This document shows positions 29,015-38,977 of a stretch of 60,843 bases of DNA, one piece after another; the stretch's first letter is position 1; the number at the start of each line of letters is the position of its first letter. The DNA is taken from assembly GCA_005223145.1 (NCBI GenBank), contig NJBL01000003.1, positions 1 through 60,843 of the forward strand, written 5' to 3'. Under the pieces are notes generated by a model. That model was given only the letters and a program-made list of their open reading frames with translations. It searched no databases and had not been told where the DNA came from. The DNA is from a bacterium (candidate division B38) B3_B38 (lineage in GTDB: Bacteria; Acidobacteriota; B3-B38; Guanabaribacteriales; B3-B38). The position numbers and the translations under genes are program-made.

Positions 29015-29107
29015 GTGTTTGATTCTTTGCTTATTAGAAAGAGAATATAAGGAAGATTCTCCCTTGCGAAAATGGAGGAGGGAGCTTGAAAGGGAGGGAA
29101 GCATCCT

Positions 29108-29428
29108 ATGGCTAATCGGAAGCTTATCAGACCAAATTTATCTGAATTTAAGGGCCGGATGTCTCATCAAGATGCGCGCAGGAAGCACGCTCCAATTGAC
29201 CAGACAAATGCAGAGAGCTTCTACTATATGAAGCAGATGAATAACAAAACCCCCATGGTGCTGGTGCTGAACGACGGTGAAGAGATTTACGGGATAATAG
29301 AGTGGTATGACAGGAACTGTATCAAGATAAACCGGCAGAATGCCCCGAATCTGCTAATTCCGAAACATAGCATCAAATATATGTATAAAGAAGAGGATGC
29401 TAAAGAGGAGGTTGAATCAGAGTCGTAG
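29108..29428 (+). CDS. Hfq/Sm-like RNA-binding protein
   Basis: Sm1-like [24 protein letters not shown] and Sm2-like [11 protein letters not shown], with an N-terminal extension. Confidence 0.7.
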   Translation: MANRKLIRPNLSEFKGRMSHQDARRKHAPIDQTNAESFYYMKQMNNKTPMVLVLNDGEEIYGIIEWYDRNCIKINRQNAPNLLIPKHSIKYMYKEEDAKEEVESES

Positions 29429-29562
29429 AGGCTCTTACTCTCCTTTAGGAATTAATGGGGTATTGATCGTAACCCAGCCAGTTTTTTAGCAGAGGGACCA
29501 AAAATTCATTTGCTATCCCATCTTCTGTAGATTAAAATGCCAAAAAGAGGGAGAGTTTTAAT

Positions 29563-30573
29563 TTGCCCGATAAACCCTTGATAGGTATTACCATAGGAGA
29601 TCCAGCGGGGATAGGCGGTGAGGTGACCTTGAAGTGTGTGGCTCATCCGTCAGTGAGGGAGGTCTGCCATCCTATTGTCGTGGGTGATGCCAGGTTGCTG
29701 AGGCGCCTATCTGATGAATATCGTCTTCCTTTTCCCTTCCGTATCATTGAACAGAAAGAGAGAGTCGACCGCAAGCTGACAGCTCCCCTGTTAATGGATC
29801 TGGATAACCTACCCCCTCAGATAGAGATGGGCTCGGTCAAGAAGGAGTATGGGCGAGCAGCAGGACAATATCTGGAGGTGGCTGTATCCCGGGCACTAAA
29901 GGGGGAAATAGATGCCCTGGTAACGGGACCCATCAATAAGATTGCCTTTAAGTTGGGAGGGTACGATTACTCAGGGCATACGGAGTATCTGGCAACACTG
30001 ACCCGGAGCAACTCTTATGCCATGATGTTTGTAGCCGAGAGCCTCAAGGTTGCTTTTCTTACCACCCATTTGAGCCTATCAGAGGCGGTCTGCCAGGTAA
30101 AAAAAGAGAAGATTATTCCCTTGGTTAGGCTAACTAATCAGGAGATGAAGCGCTTCGGTTTCTCCCAGCCCAGGATAGCCATTGCAGGTCTTAATCCCCA
30201 TGCTGGTGAAAATGGTATGTTCGGCAGGGAGGAGGTAGAGGAGATCGTTCCCGCCGTTGAGGAGTGCCAGAGAGAAGGGATAGACATCAAGGGTCCCTAC
30301 CCTGCTGACGCCCTCTTCTCCTCTAATAAAAATGGAGAACTTTTTGATATTATCATAGCCCTTTACCACGACCAGGGCTTGGTCCCCGTAAAGCTGTATG
30401 ATTTCCAAAAAGCGGTAAATATTACCTTAGGTCTCCCCATAATCCGAACCTCGGTGGGACATGGAACCGCTTTTGACATTGCAGGAAAGGGGATAGCCGA
30501 CCCCAGCAATATGATTGCGGCTATTAAGTTGGCTGTTGCTATGACCAGGAACTCCCTTTCCACCAATAGTTGA
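29563..30573 (+). CDS. pdxA: 4-hydroxythreonine-4-phosphate dehydrogenase
   Basis: Motifs GDPAGIG, GHTEYL, GLNPHAGE, YHDQG and HGTAFDIAG. Confidence 0.93.
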   Translation: MPDKPLIGITIGDPAGIGGEVTLKCVAHPSVREVCHPIVVGDARLLRRLSDEYRLPFPFRIIEQKERVDRKLTAPLLMDLDNLPPQIEMGSVKKEYGRAAGQYLEVAVSRALKGEIDALVTGPINKIAFKLGGYDYSGHTEYLATLTRSNSYAMMFVAESLKVAFLTTHLSLSEAVCQVKKEKIIPLVRLTNQEMKRFGFSQPRIAIAGLNPHAGENGMFGREEVEEIVPAVEECQREGIDIKGPYPADALFSSNKNGELFDIIIALYHDQGLVPVKLYDFQKAVNITLGLPIIRTSVGHGTAFDIAGKGIADPSNMIAAIKLAVAMTRNSLSTNS

Positions 30574-30594
30574 TTCTGCAAAGAGTGATCTCCA

Positions 30595-31248
30595 ATGAAA
30601 TACTATGCCATCATTATTACCTTTGCCTTCTGCTGCTTCCTCTCACTATCTTTGGCTGAAGAGGTTGAGGAGGTAACTTCTCGACTTCAGGAGAAATACA
30701 ACACCCTGGAGAGCTTCTCCGCCACCTTCACCCAGACCCTCATTAACAAAGCTCTCAACCAGATTCGGGAGGAGGGGGGTGTTCTGTATATGAAGCGAGA
30801 CGGGATGATGAGGTGGGAATATCAGTATCCAGAGGAGAAGCTTTTTATATCGGATGGGATAACTGTTTACTGGTATCTGCCAGAGGAGAAGATGGTACAG
30901 ACAATGAAGTTAGCGGAGATGGAAGGGGAACAGACGCCGGTGTTGTTTTTAGCTGGCAAGGGGAATTTAAAAAGGGACTTTATTGTAGAGCCTTTACCTC
31001 CTGGCTCCACTGCTCCAGAGGGTAGTTACCAGTTGGTGCTTACCCCTCGAAGAGGAAGGGAGAGCTATCAGAAGCTGATCCTGGAAGTTGACATCCAAAG
31101 CTACCAGGTGAGAAAAATGGTTCTACTTGACCTTATTGGTAATATTAGCGAATACAGCTTCAGCAATATCAAAGAAAACTTGAAGCTCCCCAAAAGCTTT
31201 TTCCAATTCAAGGTTCCTAAGGGTGTGGAGGTTTCTCCTATAAGGTAG
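30595..31248 (+). CDS. lolA: Outer-membrane lipoprotein chaperone
   Basis: Signal peptide and the pattern FSATFTQ...MRWEYQYPEEKLFISDG. Confidence 0.85.
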   Translation: MKYYAIIITFAFCCFLSLSLAEEVEEVTSRLQEKYNTLESFSATFTQTLINKALNQIREEGGVLYMKRDGMMRWEYQYPEEKLFISDGITVYWYLPEEKMVQTMKLAEMEGEQTPVLFLAGKGNLKRDFIVEPLPPGSTAPEGSYQLVLTPRRGRESYQKLILEVDIQSYQVRKMVLLDLIGNISEYSFSNIKENLKLPKSFFQFKVPKGVEVSPIR

Positions 31249-31294
31249 ATAACCCCACCTTCCAATACCAATCCTTCCATAGTTTAAAAAAGGT

Positions 31295-31323
31295 TTGAAT
31301 TTAAGCCTTTTAGGTGATATTAT
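31295..31323 (+). promoter_or_regulatory. Sigma70-type promoter candidate
   Basis: TTGAAT-17 nt-TATTAT. Confidence 0.5.
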
Positions 31324-31378
31324 ATTTTGAAAAAATAAGCGAGGATTTATCGGCTGCTTAGGATGGTAGAGTATTCTG

Positions 31379-31486
31379 ATGAACTCCTTTGATATTGTTT
31401 CATGGGTTAACCTTCAAGAGGTTATCCGGGCTTTAAGGGATAGGGACCTGGGCATTAATACGGCAATTTACCAATTATCGCCCTAA
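31379..31486 (+). pseudogene. N-terminal remnant of a YajQ-family gene
   Basis: MNSFDIVSWVNLQEV matches the YajQ N-terminal signature SFDIVSxVDLQEV. The frame stops after 35 aa. Confidence 0.6.
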
Positions 31487-31498
31487 CTGAGGAGAATA

Positions 31499-32230
31499 TT
31501 GAACAAGAGAACTTACCAGATGGATATTTGCTGTTACGGGAGTAAGCCCCTCCAGTGGGCTGCTTTCGGAGCCCTCGTTATCGTTTTATCAGTCTTGCTG
31601 GGGGTGGCTGGTTTTCAGCAAGGAGTCGGATTAAAAACCAGAGAGTTGGTGATAAGGGGGGCGGTGGTCAACGAGAGCGGTTATCCTGTCCCCAGTACCC
31701 CCGTAAGGATAATTTCCCAGAGGGTGGAGGAGAAACTCCAAGCTTCCACCCCCTCCGTATTAGAGAAGAAAGTAATAGAGACCAGGACTGATAGCAAGGG
31801 GCTTTATGAGATCGTAGCTCTAATAGACCCTTATTATAATCGTTATCTGCTAAGCTTTTATAGCGAGAATCAATTTGATTCCATATTATACACTATACCC
31901 CCCAATGAAGACATCTCCAGTGCTGTTTTTAAAGAAGGGATTGCTGAGATAACTGTCAATAGAACTTTAAGATACAATCCTCAGTGGCCTGAGATCAAAG
32001 CCCGGATAGAAGAGCTGGGAGCCAATAGCGACCAGGGGAGAATCCTCCGTTTAAGGGGTATGCCCGATAAGGTGGAGAACTTCACCTTAAAAAAGGGGGA
32101 GAATGGGGAACTATGGTGGTATTACTCAAAGGGTTTCTGTTACCGCTTCCTTAAGGGGAGGTTGGATAAGCTATTCTCTTTCACTCCGATGAATCCTCCC
32201 AAGGAAGGAGTGAAGAAACGAGCAATATGA
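31499..32230 (+). CDS. Hypothetical exported protein
   Basis: 243 aa with an N-terminal TM/signal, a beta-sandwich-like segment and a C-terminal GMPDKVE...WWYYSKG motif. Confidence 0.6.
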   Translation: MNKRTYQMDICCYGSKPLQWAAFGALVIVLSVLLGVAGFQQGVGLKTRELVIRGAVVNESGYPVPSTPVRIISQRVEEKLQASTPSVLEKKVIETRTDSKGLYEIVALIDPYYNRYLLSFYSENQFDSILYTIPPNEDISSAVFKEGIAEITVNRTLRYNPQWPEIKARIEELGANSDQGRILRLRGMPDKVENFTLKKGENGELWWYYSKGFCYRFLKGRLDKLFSFTPMNPPKEGVKKRAI

Positions 32231-32266
32231 TCAAGTTATCCTTAGGGTGTTACAAGAGAAAAGATT

Positions 32267-33253
32267 GTGAGTAATCAGTTGGAGCCAAAGGCTATATTTC
32301 ATCTAATTAATGGCAAGCTTCTCCAGCTGGAGAGCGAGATTGAGAATAGACTCGATTCCCACATAGATATAATATCCAGGATTGGTGAGCATATATACCA
32401 GAGTAAAGGGAAGAGGATACGCCCTGCTTTGGTTCTGCTGAGTGCCCGTCTTGGTGGCTACCGGGGAGACAAGGACATTCTGTATGGGATGATTATGGAG
32501 TTTATCCACACCGCTTCCCTGATTCATGACGACATTGTTGATGGGGCTGCTATACGCAGGGGTATGCCCTCAATCAACTTTCGCTGGGGAAATGACCTTA
32601 CAGTTCTGCTGGGCGATTACATATACATTAATTCTATAGACATAGCCCTCCGACAGGATAATCTGAACATTCTAAGGCTTATCTCTTCGATCACCAAAAA
32701 TATGATAGAAGCAGAGCTTATCCAGACCACCAAAAGGGCTGATATAACTATCAGCGAGGAGGAATACACCGAGATTATCAAAGGTAAAACCGCCTATCTG
32801 TTTTCAGGCTGCAGCCAGATTGGGGGGATATTAGCCGATGTTTCCTCCCAACAGGAGCAGGCTCTGAGGGCTTATGGGCTGAATCTGGGCCTCGCTTTCC
32901 AGCTTATAGACGACCTGCTCGATTATTTTGCCACCGAAGAGGAATTGGGCAAGCCGGTAGGGACCGATCTTAAGGAGGGAAAGGTTACCCTACCCCTTAT
33001 ATATCTGCTCCAAAAAGCGGATAAAAGCTTACTAAAGATGATGAAGAAGGGCTTACAAGGGAAGGAGCCTTACCCCCTTTTCTGGAAGGATATTGTCCAA
33101 CTGATGCGGGACTATGGGATTGAAGCAGCTATCCAGCAAAAGGCGCTCCATTATGCCACAATAGCTAAGCATAGCCTGACCCCTTTTGACAAATCCCCGG
33201 CTCGGCAGGCAATGGAGGGGCTGGCTGATTTTGTTGTTTACAGGGATAGGTGA
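32267..33253 (+). CDS. Polyprenyl diphosphate synthase (IspB/HepT-like)
   Basis: Motifs GKRIRP, HTASLIHDDIVD...RRG, GKTA and FQLIDDLLD. Confidence 0.93.
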   Translation: MSNQLEPKAIFHLINGKLLQLESEIENRLDSHIDIISRIGEHIYQSKGKRIRPALVLLSARLGGYRGDKDILYGMIMEFIHTASLIHDDIVDGAAIRRGMPSINFRWGNDLTVLLGDYIYINSIDIALRQDNLNILRLISSITKNMIEAELIQTTKRADITISEEEYTEIIKGKTAYLFSGCSQIGGILADVSSQQEQALRAYGLNLGLAFQLIDDLLDYFATEEELGKPVGTDLKEGKVTLPLIYLLQKADKSLLKMMKKGLQGKEPYPLFWKDIVQLMRDYGIEAAIQQKALHYATIAKHSLTPFDKSPARQAMEGLADFVVYRDR

Positions 33254-33331
33254 ACCCCTCTAAGGTTCTTCTTCAAAGGTCATTCTAAGCAGTCATTTTC
33301 TCGGAAAGGCATTTTCCCTTCAAGAGCTTAC

Positions 33332-35335
33332 ATGAAAAGAAGAGCATTATATTCAATAAAAACCTTCCTCAAAATACTGGTAGTCTGCGGAATAGCCTTG
33401 ATTATAACCTGGGAAGCAAAGGAGTATTATGGCAGAAGGAGGTTCGAGCAACTGCTCCTCCAGCGCGAGCATTACGCCCGGTACACCACCCTTTTCTCCT
33501 GGGAGATGAACCACCAGGGAGATATACTTCCCGATACCAGCGACCTTGGGAATGTAACCTTTGAGAACGGGGTTCTTGCTTTCACCACCGGGAAAGACCC
33601 CTATTTTTATCTGAACCTGAAAAGGGAGAAGCTCGATCCGAAGCGATTCTATCTCTTATCACTCAGAATGTATTCCGAGCAACCTGGTGAGATGCAGATA
33701 TTCTTCTGGTGTGATACCCCAAATTCCGGCAAAGAAGGTGCCTTTTCTGCACCTCTGAAGGTAGCATCGGGATGGAAAGAGTATAGCATTGACCTGTGGA
33801 AGACCGATTTCTACCCTTTGCGCGAAGCCAATAGGCATAAGACCCAATGGGGGGGGACCGTTGGCTTTATCAAAACACTTCGCTTCGACCCCCCTGAAGG
33901 GAAGCCGGGCAACAGTGTGAGGATAGATTGGATAAAGTTCCACAAAGGGGTCACCCTCACTTATTCGATGCCATATTATCAGACCCTCGGGGTCATCCAG
34001 GGACTGGAATACCATCCACCCTCTCGCTCCCTCCGGATTATCCCCGGAGCAGAAAAGGGGGAGTTTATCTCCCATCCCATAGGGGTGGGCACAATTAGAG
34101 CCTTCTGGGACATCAGCTGGACGGGAGAAGAGGGTATATATGTGCAAACCAGAACTGGTCACACCCCCAATAGCGAGGATCCCTCCTGGTCCCCGTGGTC
34201 GCCACTTTCTGGCTCCTGGCGGAGTAGCTCAATTGGCAGTCCCCCTGATAAATATCTCCAGTACCAGGTAGGTTTGCGTCGGACAGAGCAGAAAGCAGCC
34301 CCCAGTCTGCAATGGGTAAGAATCAGGTATCTAGACCCATCCCCGCCGGGTGAGAACAGTTTGCTGTGGGGAACAAATCCCCTTCCTACGGTATCCAAGC
34401 CAGAAGAGGTCGAGGGGAGGATTGCGGGTCTGACCAATAGCCCTTGGGTGAGGGTACCTATGGAGGGGGATAGGGTATACGATACCGTCAATCGATTGGT
34501 CGCCGAAGATATCAATGTGATCGGCTCATGGGACCTGAGCTCTTCCAGCCGCAGCACAATACTGTCTGCCATCTGCCTTTACCAGCAGCAGGTCAAATGC
34601 TGGGAATTCTGCCAGGGGGAGCAGCAAACCCCCTCGGCGCTGGTGCAGCTGTTTCGTGATGTGAAGCGTATTGACTCCTTCTCCCTTATTATTCCTTCCC
34701 GCATTGACAGGGATTATTTCGCCCAGGTGGGATTGGATGCCATGGTCGATTTCGTGAGGGAGCGGCCCCCTTCGGAACTCAACCTTGATCGAGGACCGGG
34801 ATGGTATGTTGTCATGGCGCTGGTTTTTTTCCTCCTTATCATCGGTCTCCGCAGGGAGATAGGGTATAATTTTCACTTTGGCTTTCAGGAGCTCTCTTTA
34901 GCTGGTATTACTCTGGGTGTGCTATTAGGGTTGAGCCTACCATTGATGTATCTGTGGGGGCTGGGGTCCCTGAAATTCCCTACCTTGGTGGAGTTGACCG
35001 CCGCTCTTAATCGTTATCCGGCAAGTGCCATCATCCAGGAGTTTGGTAGAGCTCTGCTTATAGTAATCATCTACCGTCTGCTGGGGAAAGTGGTGAGTCC
35101 TGCGAGGTGGAGGTGGGTCATCACCCTGATAGCTACCAGTCTGATTTTCGCCCTTGGACACTTAGGATATCCCGGTCTATCACCCTCTGAAGTAAGGGGA
35201 TTTATAAGCTTGACCTTCATTGCTGGGCTTCTTTTCGGTTGGATTTATATTAAGAGCCAGAGCTTAACCGCTACTTTTTTAGTGCACTTGTTAGCCAATA
35301 TAACTCTATTCACCTGTACCACCTTCCAGGCTTGA
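33332..35335 (+). CDS. Large extracytoplasmic domain fused to CPBP (Abi/CAAX) intramembrane protease-like domain
   Basis: 667 aa. An N-terminal TM precedes a ~450-aa soluble region with Trp-rich sugar-binding-like motifs. The C-terminal TMs carry FALGH and HLLAN. Confidence 0.7.
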   Translation: MKRRALYSIKTFLKILVVCGIALIITWEAKEYYGRRRFEQLLLQREHYARYTTLFSWEMNHQGDILPDTSDLGNVTFENGVLAFTTGKDPYFYLNLKREKLDPKRFYLLSLRMYSEQPGEMQIFFWCDTPNSGKEGAFSAPLKVASGWKEYSIDLWKTDFYPLREANRHKTQWGGTVGFIKTLRFDPPEGKPGNSVRIDWIKFHKGVTLTYSMPYYQTLGVIQGLEYHPPSRSLRIIPGAEKGEFISHPIGVGTIRAFWDISWTGEEGIYVQTRTGHTPNSEDPSWSPWSPLSGSWRSSSIGSPPDKYLQYQVGLRRTEQKAAPSLQWVRIRYLDPSPPGENSLLWGTNPLPTVSKPEEVEGRIAGLTNSPWVRVPMEGDRVYDTVNRLVAEDINVIGSWDLSSSSRSTILSAICLYQQQVKCWEFCQGEQQTPSALVQLFRDVKRIDSFSLIIPSRIDRDYFAQVGLDAMVDFVRERPPSELNLDRGPGWYVVMALVFFLLIIGLRREIGYNFHFGFQELSLAGITLGVLLGLSLPLMYLWGLGSLKFPTLVELTAALNRYPASAIIQEFGRALLIVIIYRLLGKVVSPARWRWVITLIATSLIFALGHLGYPGLSPSEVRGFISLTFIAGLLFGWIYIKSQSLTATFLVHLLANITLFTCTTFQA

Positions 35336-35348
35336 AAGGGGGCAGAAA

Positions 35349-36158
35349 GTGGAAGACTTCGCTCAGAAAACCTGGCAGAATATTGAAACCCTGCGGAAGA
35401 AGAGACCCTTGATCCACCACATCACTAATATGGTGGTGATGAACACCACCGCCAATGCTACGCTGGCTATTGGGGCCTCGCCGGTAATGGCTCATAGCCC
35501 CGATGAAGTGGAGGAGATGGTGAGCTTTGCCGGGGCTCTGGTGCTCAATATCGGGACTCTCACCCGGGACTTAGTCCAGTCGATGATAAAAGCGGGGCAG
35601 AGGGCAAATCAGCTATCTATCCCGGTGATATTCGACCCCGTGGGTGCGGGAGCCACCTCCCTGCGCACTTCCGAGGCACTGAGGATATTAGAGAAGGTCA
35701 AGATGCAAGTTATTCGAGGCAACCCGGCTGAAATCCTCTCCCTGGGAGGGGAGAAAGGGCATATTAAGGGGGTGGAGTCCTTCCAGGAGACAATAGAGGC
35801 GGTGGAGGCAGCTACTTTATTAGCGGCAAAATTGGGGACGACTTTAGCGGTAACCGGTAAGGAGGACTTTGTTACCAATGGGAACCGCTCGGTCTGGGTC
35901 TCCAATGGGCACCCTCTTATGAAGCAGGTTACCGGCACAGGCTGCATTGCCACCACTGTGGTGGCAGCTTTCACCACCGTCGACCCCGACCCGTTATCCG
36001 CCGCGGCTACTGCCCTGGGGTACTTCGGTTTAGCAGGGGAGAAGAGTGCACAGAGAAGCGGCTCCCCAGGGAGCTTTCAGGTTGCCCTCTTCGATGCCCT
36101 CTATGACCTTGCAGAAGAGGAGGTCAGAAAGGGCATAAGGATCAGGGAGCATCAGTAA
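35349..36158 (+). CDS. thiM: Hydroxyethylthiazole kinase
   Basis: Motifs PLIHHITNMVV, NIGTL, DPVGAG and TGTGC. Confidence 0.95.
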   Translation: MEDFAQKTWQNIETLRKKRPLIHHITNMVVMNTTANATLAIGASPVMAHSPDEVEEMVSFAGALVLNIGTLTRDLVQSMIKAGQRANQLSIPVIFDPVGAGATSLRTSEALRILEKVKMQVIRGNPAEILSLGGEKGHIKGVESFQETIEAVEAATLLAAKLGTTLAVTGKEDFVTNGNRSVWVSNGHPLMKQVTGTGCIATTVVAAFTTVDPDPLSAAATALGYFGLAGEKSAQRSGSPGSFQVALFDALYDLAEEEVRKGIRIREHQ

Positions 36159-36162
36159 AATT

Positions 36163-36798
36163 ATGTTAGACCTGACGCTTTATGTCATTACTGACCGAAA
36201 GCTATCTTTAGGAAGGGCAAATATAGAGGTAGTCGCTAAAGCCCTGGAAGCAGGCGCCAGCGTAATTCAACTGAGAGAGAAGGATATCTCCGACAGGGAG
36301 TTCTACCTTGAGGGGTTGAAGATAAAACCTCTGGTTCGTTCTTATGGCAGAGTTTTTTTGGTCAACGACCGGGTGGATATCGCCCAGGCACTGGATGCCG
36401 ACGGGGTTCATCTTGGGCAGGAAGACCTCCACCTGCCGGTAGCTCGCAGGGTGCTGGGAAAAGGTAAAATCATCGGCATATCGGTTCGCTCTGTGGAAGA
36501 GGCGAAAAGAGCCGTCCGGGAGGGAGCAGATTACCTGGCGGTTAGCGGAGTCTTTCCCACCGAAACCAAGAAGGATGTGGGAGAGACGCTGGGCGTGGAA
36601 GGGGTCAGGAGGATAAGAAAGGCGGTTAAACTTCCTCTGGTGGGGATTGGCGGAATCAACTCTCACAACGCTGCTGAGGTGATCCGGGCGGGGGCTGATG
36701 GGGTAGCTGTGGTTTCTGCGGTGACTATGGCACCAGATATTATTGCAGCATGTCGGGAACTTCTGGAAGTTGTTCAGCAGGCTCGCCGGGAGGGTTAG
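36163..36798 (+). CDS. thiE: Thiamine-phosphate synthase
   Basis: Motifs QLREK, NDRVDIA, GVHLGQED and GIGGI. Confidence 0.95.
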   Translation: MLDLTLYVITDRKLSLGRANIEVVAKALEAGASVIQLREKDISDREFYLEGLKIKPLVRSYGRVFLVNDRVDIAQALDADGVHLGQEDLHLPVARRVLGKGKIIGISVRSVEEAKRAVREGADYLAVSGVFPTETKKDVGETLGVEGVRRIRKAVKLPLVGIGGINSHNAAEVIRAGADGVAVVSAVTMAPDIIAACRELLEVVQQARREG

Positions 36799-36822
36799 AG
36801 CCCCCATCATAAAAAAGAGTAA

Positions 36823-37353
36823 TTAAGGAGCTTTTAAGGGCAGGGGTTTCCTCTCCTTTAAAATAGCTATTAAATCATGCTCTATGGAGATGCGAGGGTG
36901 CTCTATTATTCTCCCTATCTCATCACCATTACGATAAATGATAAAAGTGGGAACAAACTTTACCCCTTTCCCTTGCAGAAGGTGAGCTGGTTCCTTCTTG
37001 TCCCTGCTTACACCGATGAAGATGGTGCTGATATTGGGATTAGCTGCCTCCTGAATGACCTTGATGAAAGGAGGAAGGTGTTCCCGACAATCGGGACACC
37101 AACTTCCAAAGAAAACCTCAATGGTCAAAGGTTTGTTGTAAGATTGCAGATGTCGTATTGCTTCGGGGTCAGGCTCGTAGAGGATAACGCGGGCTTTATA
37201 CTCCTCCAGCCTTTCCAGAAGTTGCTCCGCGGATAATTTGCCCAGCAGTACTGGCTCATTGCTCGGTGATATACAGCAACAGCCAGCATAGGATAATATG
37301 GTGACCAACAAAAAGAGTGCTAATCCTCTTATATCACAATTCGGTTTGTCCAT
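36823..37353 (-). CDS. Thioredoxin-fold lipoprotein
   Basis: Lipobox-like YAGC, FGSWCPDC active site and VPTFI. Confidence 0.85.
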   Translation of the reverse strand: MDKPNCDIRGLALFLLVTILSYAGCCCISPSNEPVLLGKLSAEQLLERLEEYKARVILYEPDPEAIRHLQSYNKPLTIEVFFGSWCPDCREHLPPFIKVIQEAANPNISTIFIGVSRDKKEPAHLLQGKGVKFVPTFIIYRNGDEIGRIIEHPRISIEHDLIAILKERKPLPLKAP

Positions 37354-37541
37354 GGCATCCTCCGCAATTGGTCTCTTTGCTTAACAAATAAAACTGCTGA
37401 TATTATAAATGACTTCGGCAAATTTTTCCATTAATAATTTAAAAGCTATGGTAGATTATTATTTTTTACTATATAATATCAATAAGAAGAGAAATAAAAT
37501 ATCAGGGTAAGGGGTTAGATTTGTAAACATTTTAATAGGGG

Positions 37542-38897
37542 GTGATAGCCGTGTTCTTCAGTTATCCGAGAAACAAAAGGCTTATTTTTATTATCTTTAT
37601 TATAATCTCCATTGGGCTCTTATTTATCAAGAGTGAGCTTTTACTTGCTCAGAAGGCGAGAAAGGCTCTTCTCCGCCATGTGGAGTATCTCTCTGAGCTG
37701 GGTAATCGTTTAGCCGGTAGTGAAGGCGATATGCAAGCTGCTCAATACATCAGCGAGCAAATGTCGGACTATGAATTACAGGTTAAAAAGGAGAATTTTC
37801 ATTTTTCCATCTACAACCCTCTGAGCGTCTCGCTGCGCCTGGCCGAAGAGAGAAAGATAGGCTTAGAGGTGATATCCTGGGATCCCTTTATGAACGGCAA
37901 CCAGATAGAGGGTTCAATCTTATGCGTATCCAGTGCCACTGCAAGCTCTGCGGAGGAAATTTCCAAGCTTCAAGTAAGCGGTAATATAGTGGTTATCAAT
38001 CCCCTGGGGGATAAGGAGTTCAACCTTGGCATGCTTAACAGAGCATTATTACTGATAAATACGAATATGCCCAAAGCAGTAGCAGTGGTTGCCGCTTCGG
38101 ACCAGGAAGCCGCCAAAGACCTGGTAGGACAGAGCGTTATTGAGGGTGTTATTGAGCTGGAATCGGAGCAGAAGGAGTATAACTCGTGCAATATTATAGG
38201 ATTGTTACCAGGCAAATCAGCAGCCTTGGAAGATATAATTATCTCTGCTCATTATGATTCGGACATTTATCCGGGGAGCAATGATAACGCATCGGGAGTT
38301 GCGGTAATGCTGGAGATAGCCAAGCACTTCTCTTCCGAGAAGAATAAGCCAAACAAGAGCCTGAGGTTTTGTGCCTGGGGTGCAGAGGAGTCGGGCTTCG
38401 TCGGGAGCCGAATCTATGTCAGCCGCCACTCTGCCCACCTCAAGAACTTATGTCAGGCAGTCATCAATATAGACTGCGTGGGTGGAGGAGGGGAGATTTT
38501 TGTTGAGATGGAGGGCGGAGTGGAAAATATCTCGCCTATTAAGGGAAGCCTTTCCATTCCTTTTCATATCGTGGACAAGGCTCTCCATAACCGGATACTC
38601 CATACTGATATATTATGGATATTACCCCAGCTTATTCTCGCCTCTAATGTCGATGAAAGTTTTAAAGGAACGATAAACAAGGCGGTGGAGTTATCTGGCT
38701 ACACCGTAATGCCGGCTCGTTATCAGGGCTCTGACCATCTGGTCTTTGCTCGAGCGGGCGTTCCCGCCACCAACTTCGCTACCTCTGAAGGATATACTCA
38801 TAGTGAAGAGGATAATCTCACCAATATCAAGGTAGAAAATATGGAAAAGGTAATGAACATTATCATAAAGCTGGTGGAGCTGTTAGACAAAGAGTAG
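37542..38897 (+). CDS. M28-family metallopeptidase (exported)
   Basis: Motifs SAHYD, NDNASG, AEESG, NIDC, SDH and HSEED. Confidence 0.88.
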   Translation: MIAVFFSYPRNKRLIFIIFIIISIGLLFIKSELLLAQKARKALLRHVEYLSELGNRLAGSEGDMQAAQYISEQMSDYELQVKKENFHFSIYNPLSVSLRLAEERKIGLEVISWDPFMNGNQIEGSILCVSSATASSAEEISKLQVSGNIVVINPLGDKEFNLGMLNRALLLINTNMPKAVAVVAASDQEAAKDLVGQSVIEGVIELESEQKEYNSCNIIGLLPGKSAALEDIIISAHYDSDIYPGSNDNASGVAVMLEIAKHFSSEKNKPNKSLRFCAWGAEESGFVGSRIYVSRHSAHLKNLCQAVINIDCVGGGGEIFVEMEGGVENISPIKGSLSIPFHIVDKALHNRILHTDILWILPQLILASNVDESFKGTINKAVELSGYTVMPARYQGSDHLVFARAGVPATNFATSEGYTHSEEDNLTNIKVENMEKVMNIIIKLVELLDKE

Positions 38898-38977
38898 GGA
38901 TGAAGAAAATCGGCTAATTATTTGGGGAGATTGGCATCATTCTTTTTATAATGTGATTAAATAGATAGGTATTTTTA

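Noticed and set aside
33254-35348. TPP riboswitch for thiM-thiE
   Set aside because: Only 13 nt separate thiM from the upstream gene, and I see no TPP consensus (CUGAGA...) in the spacer before 33332.
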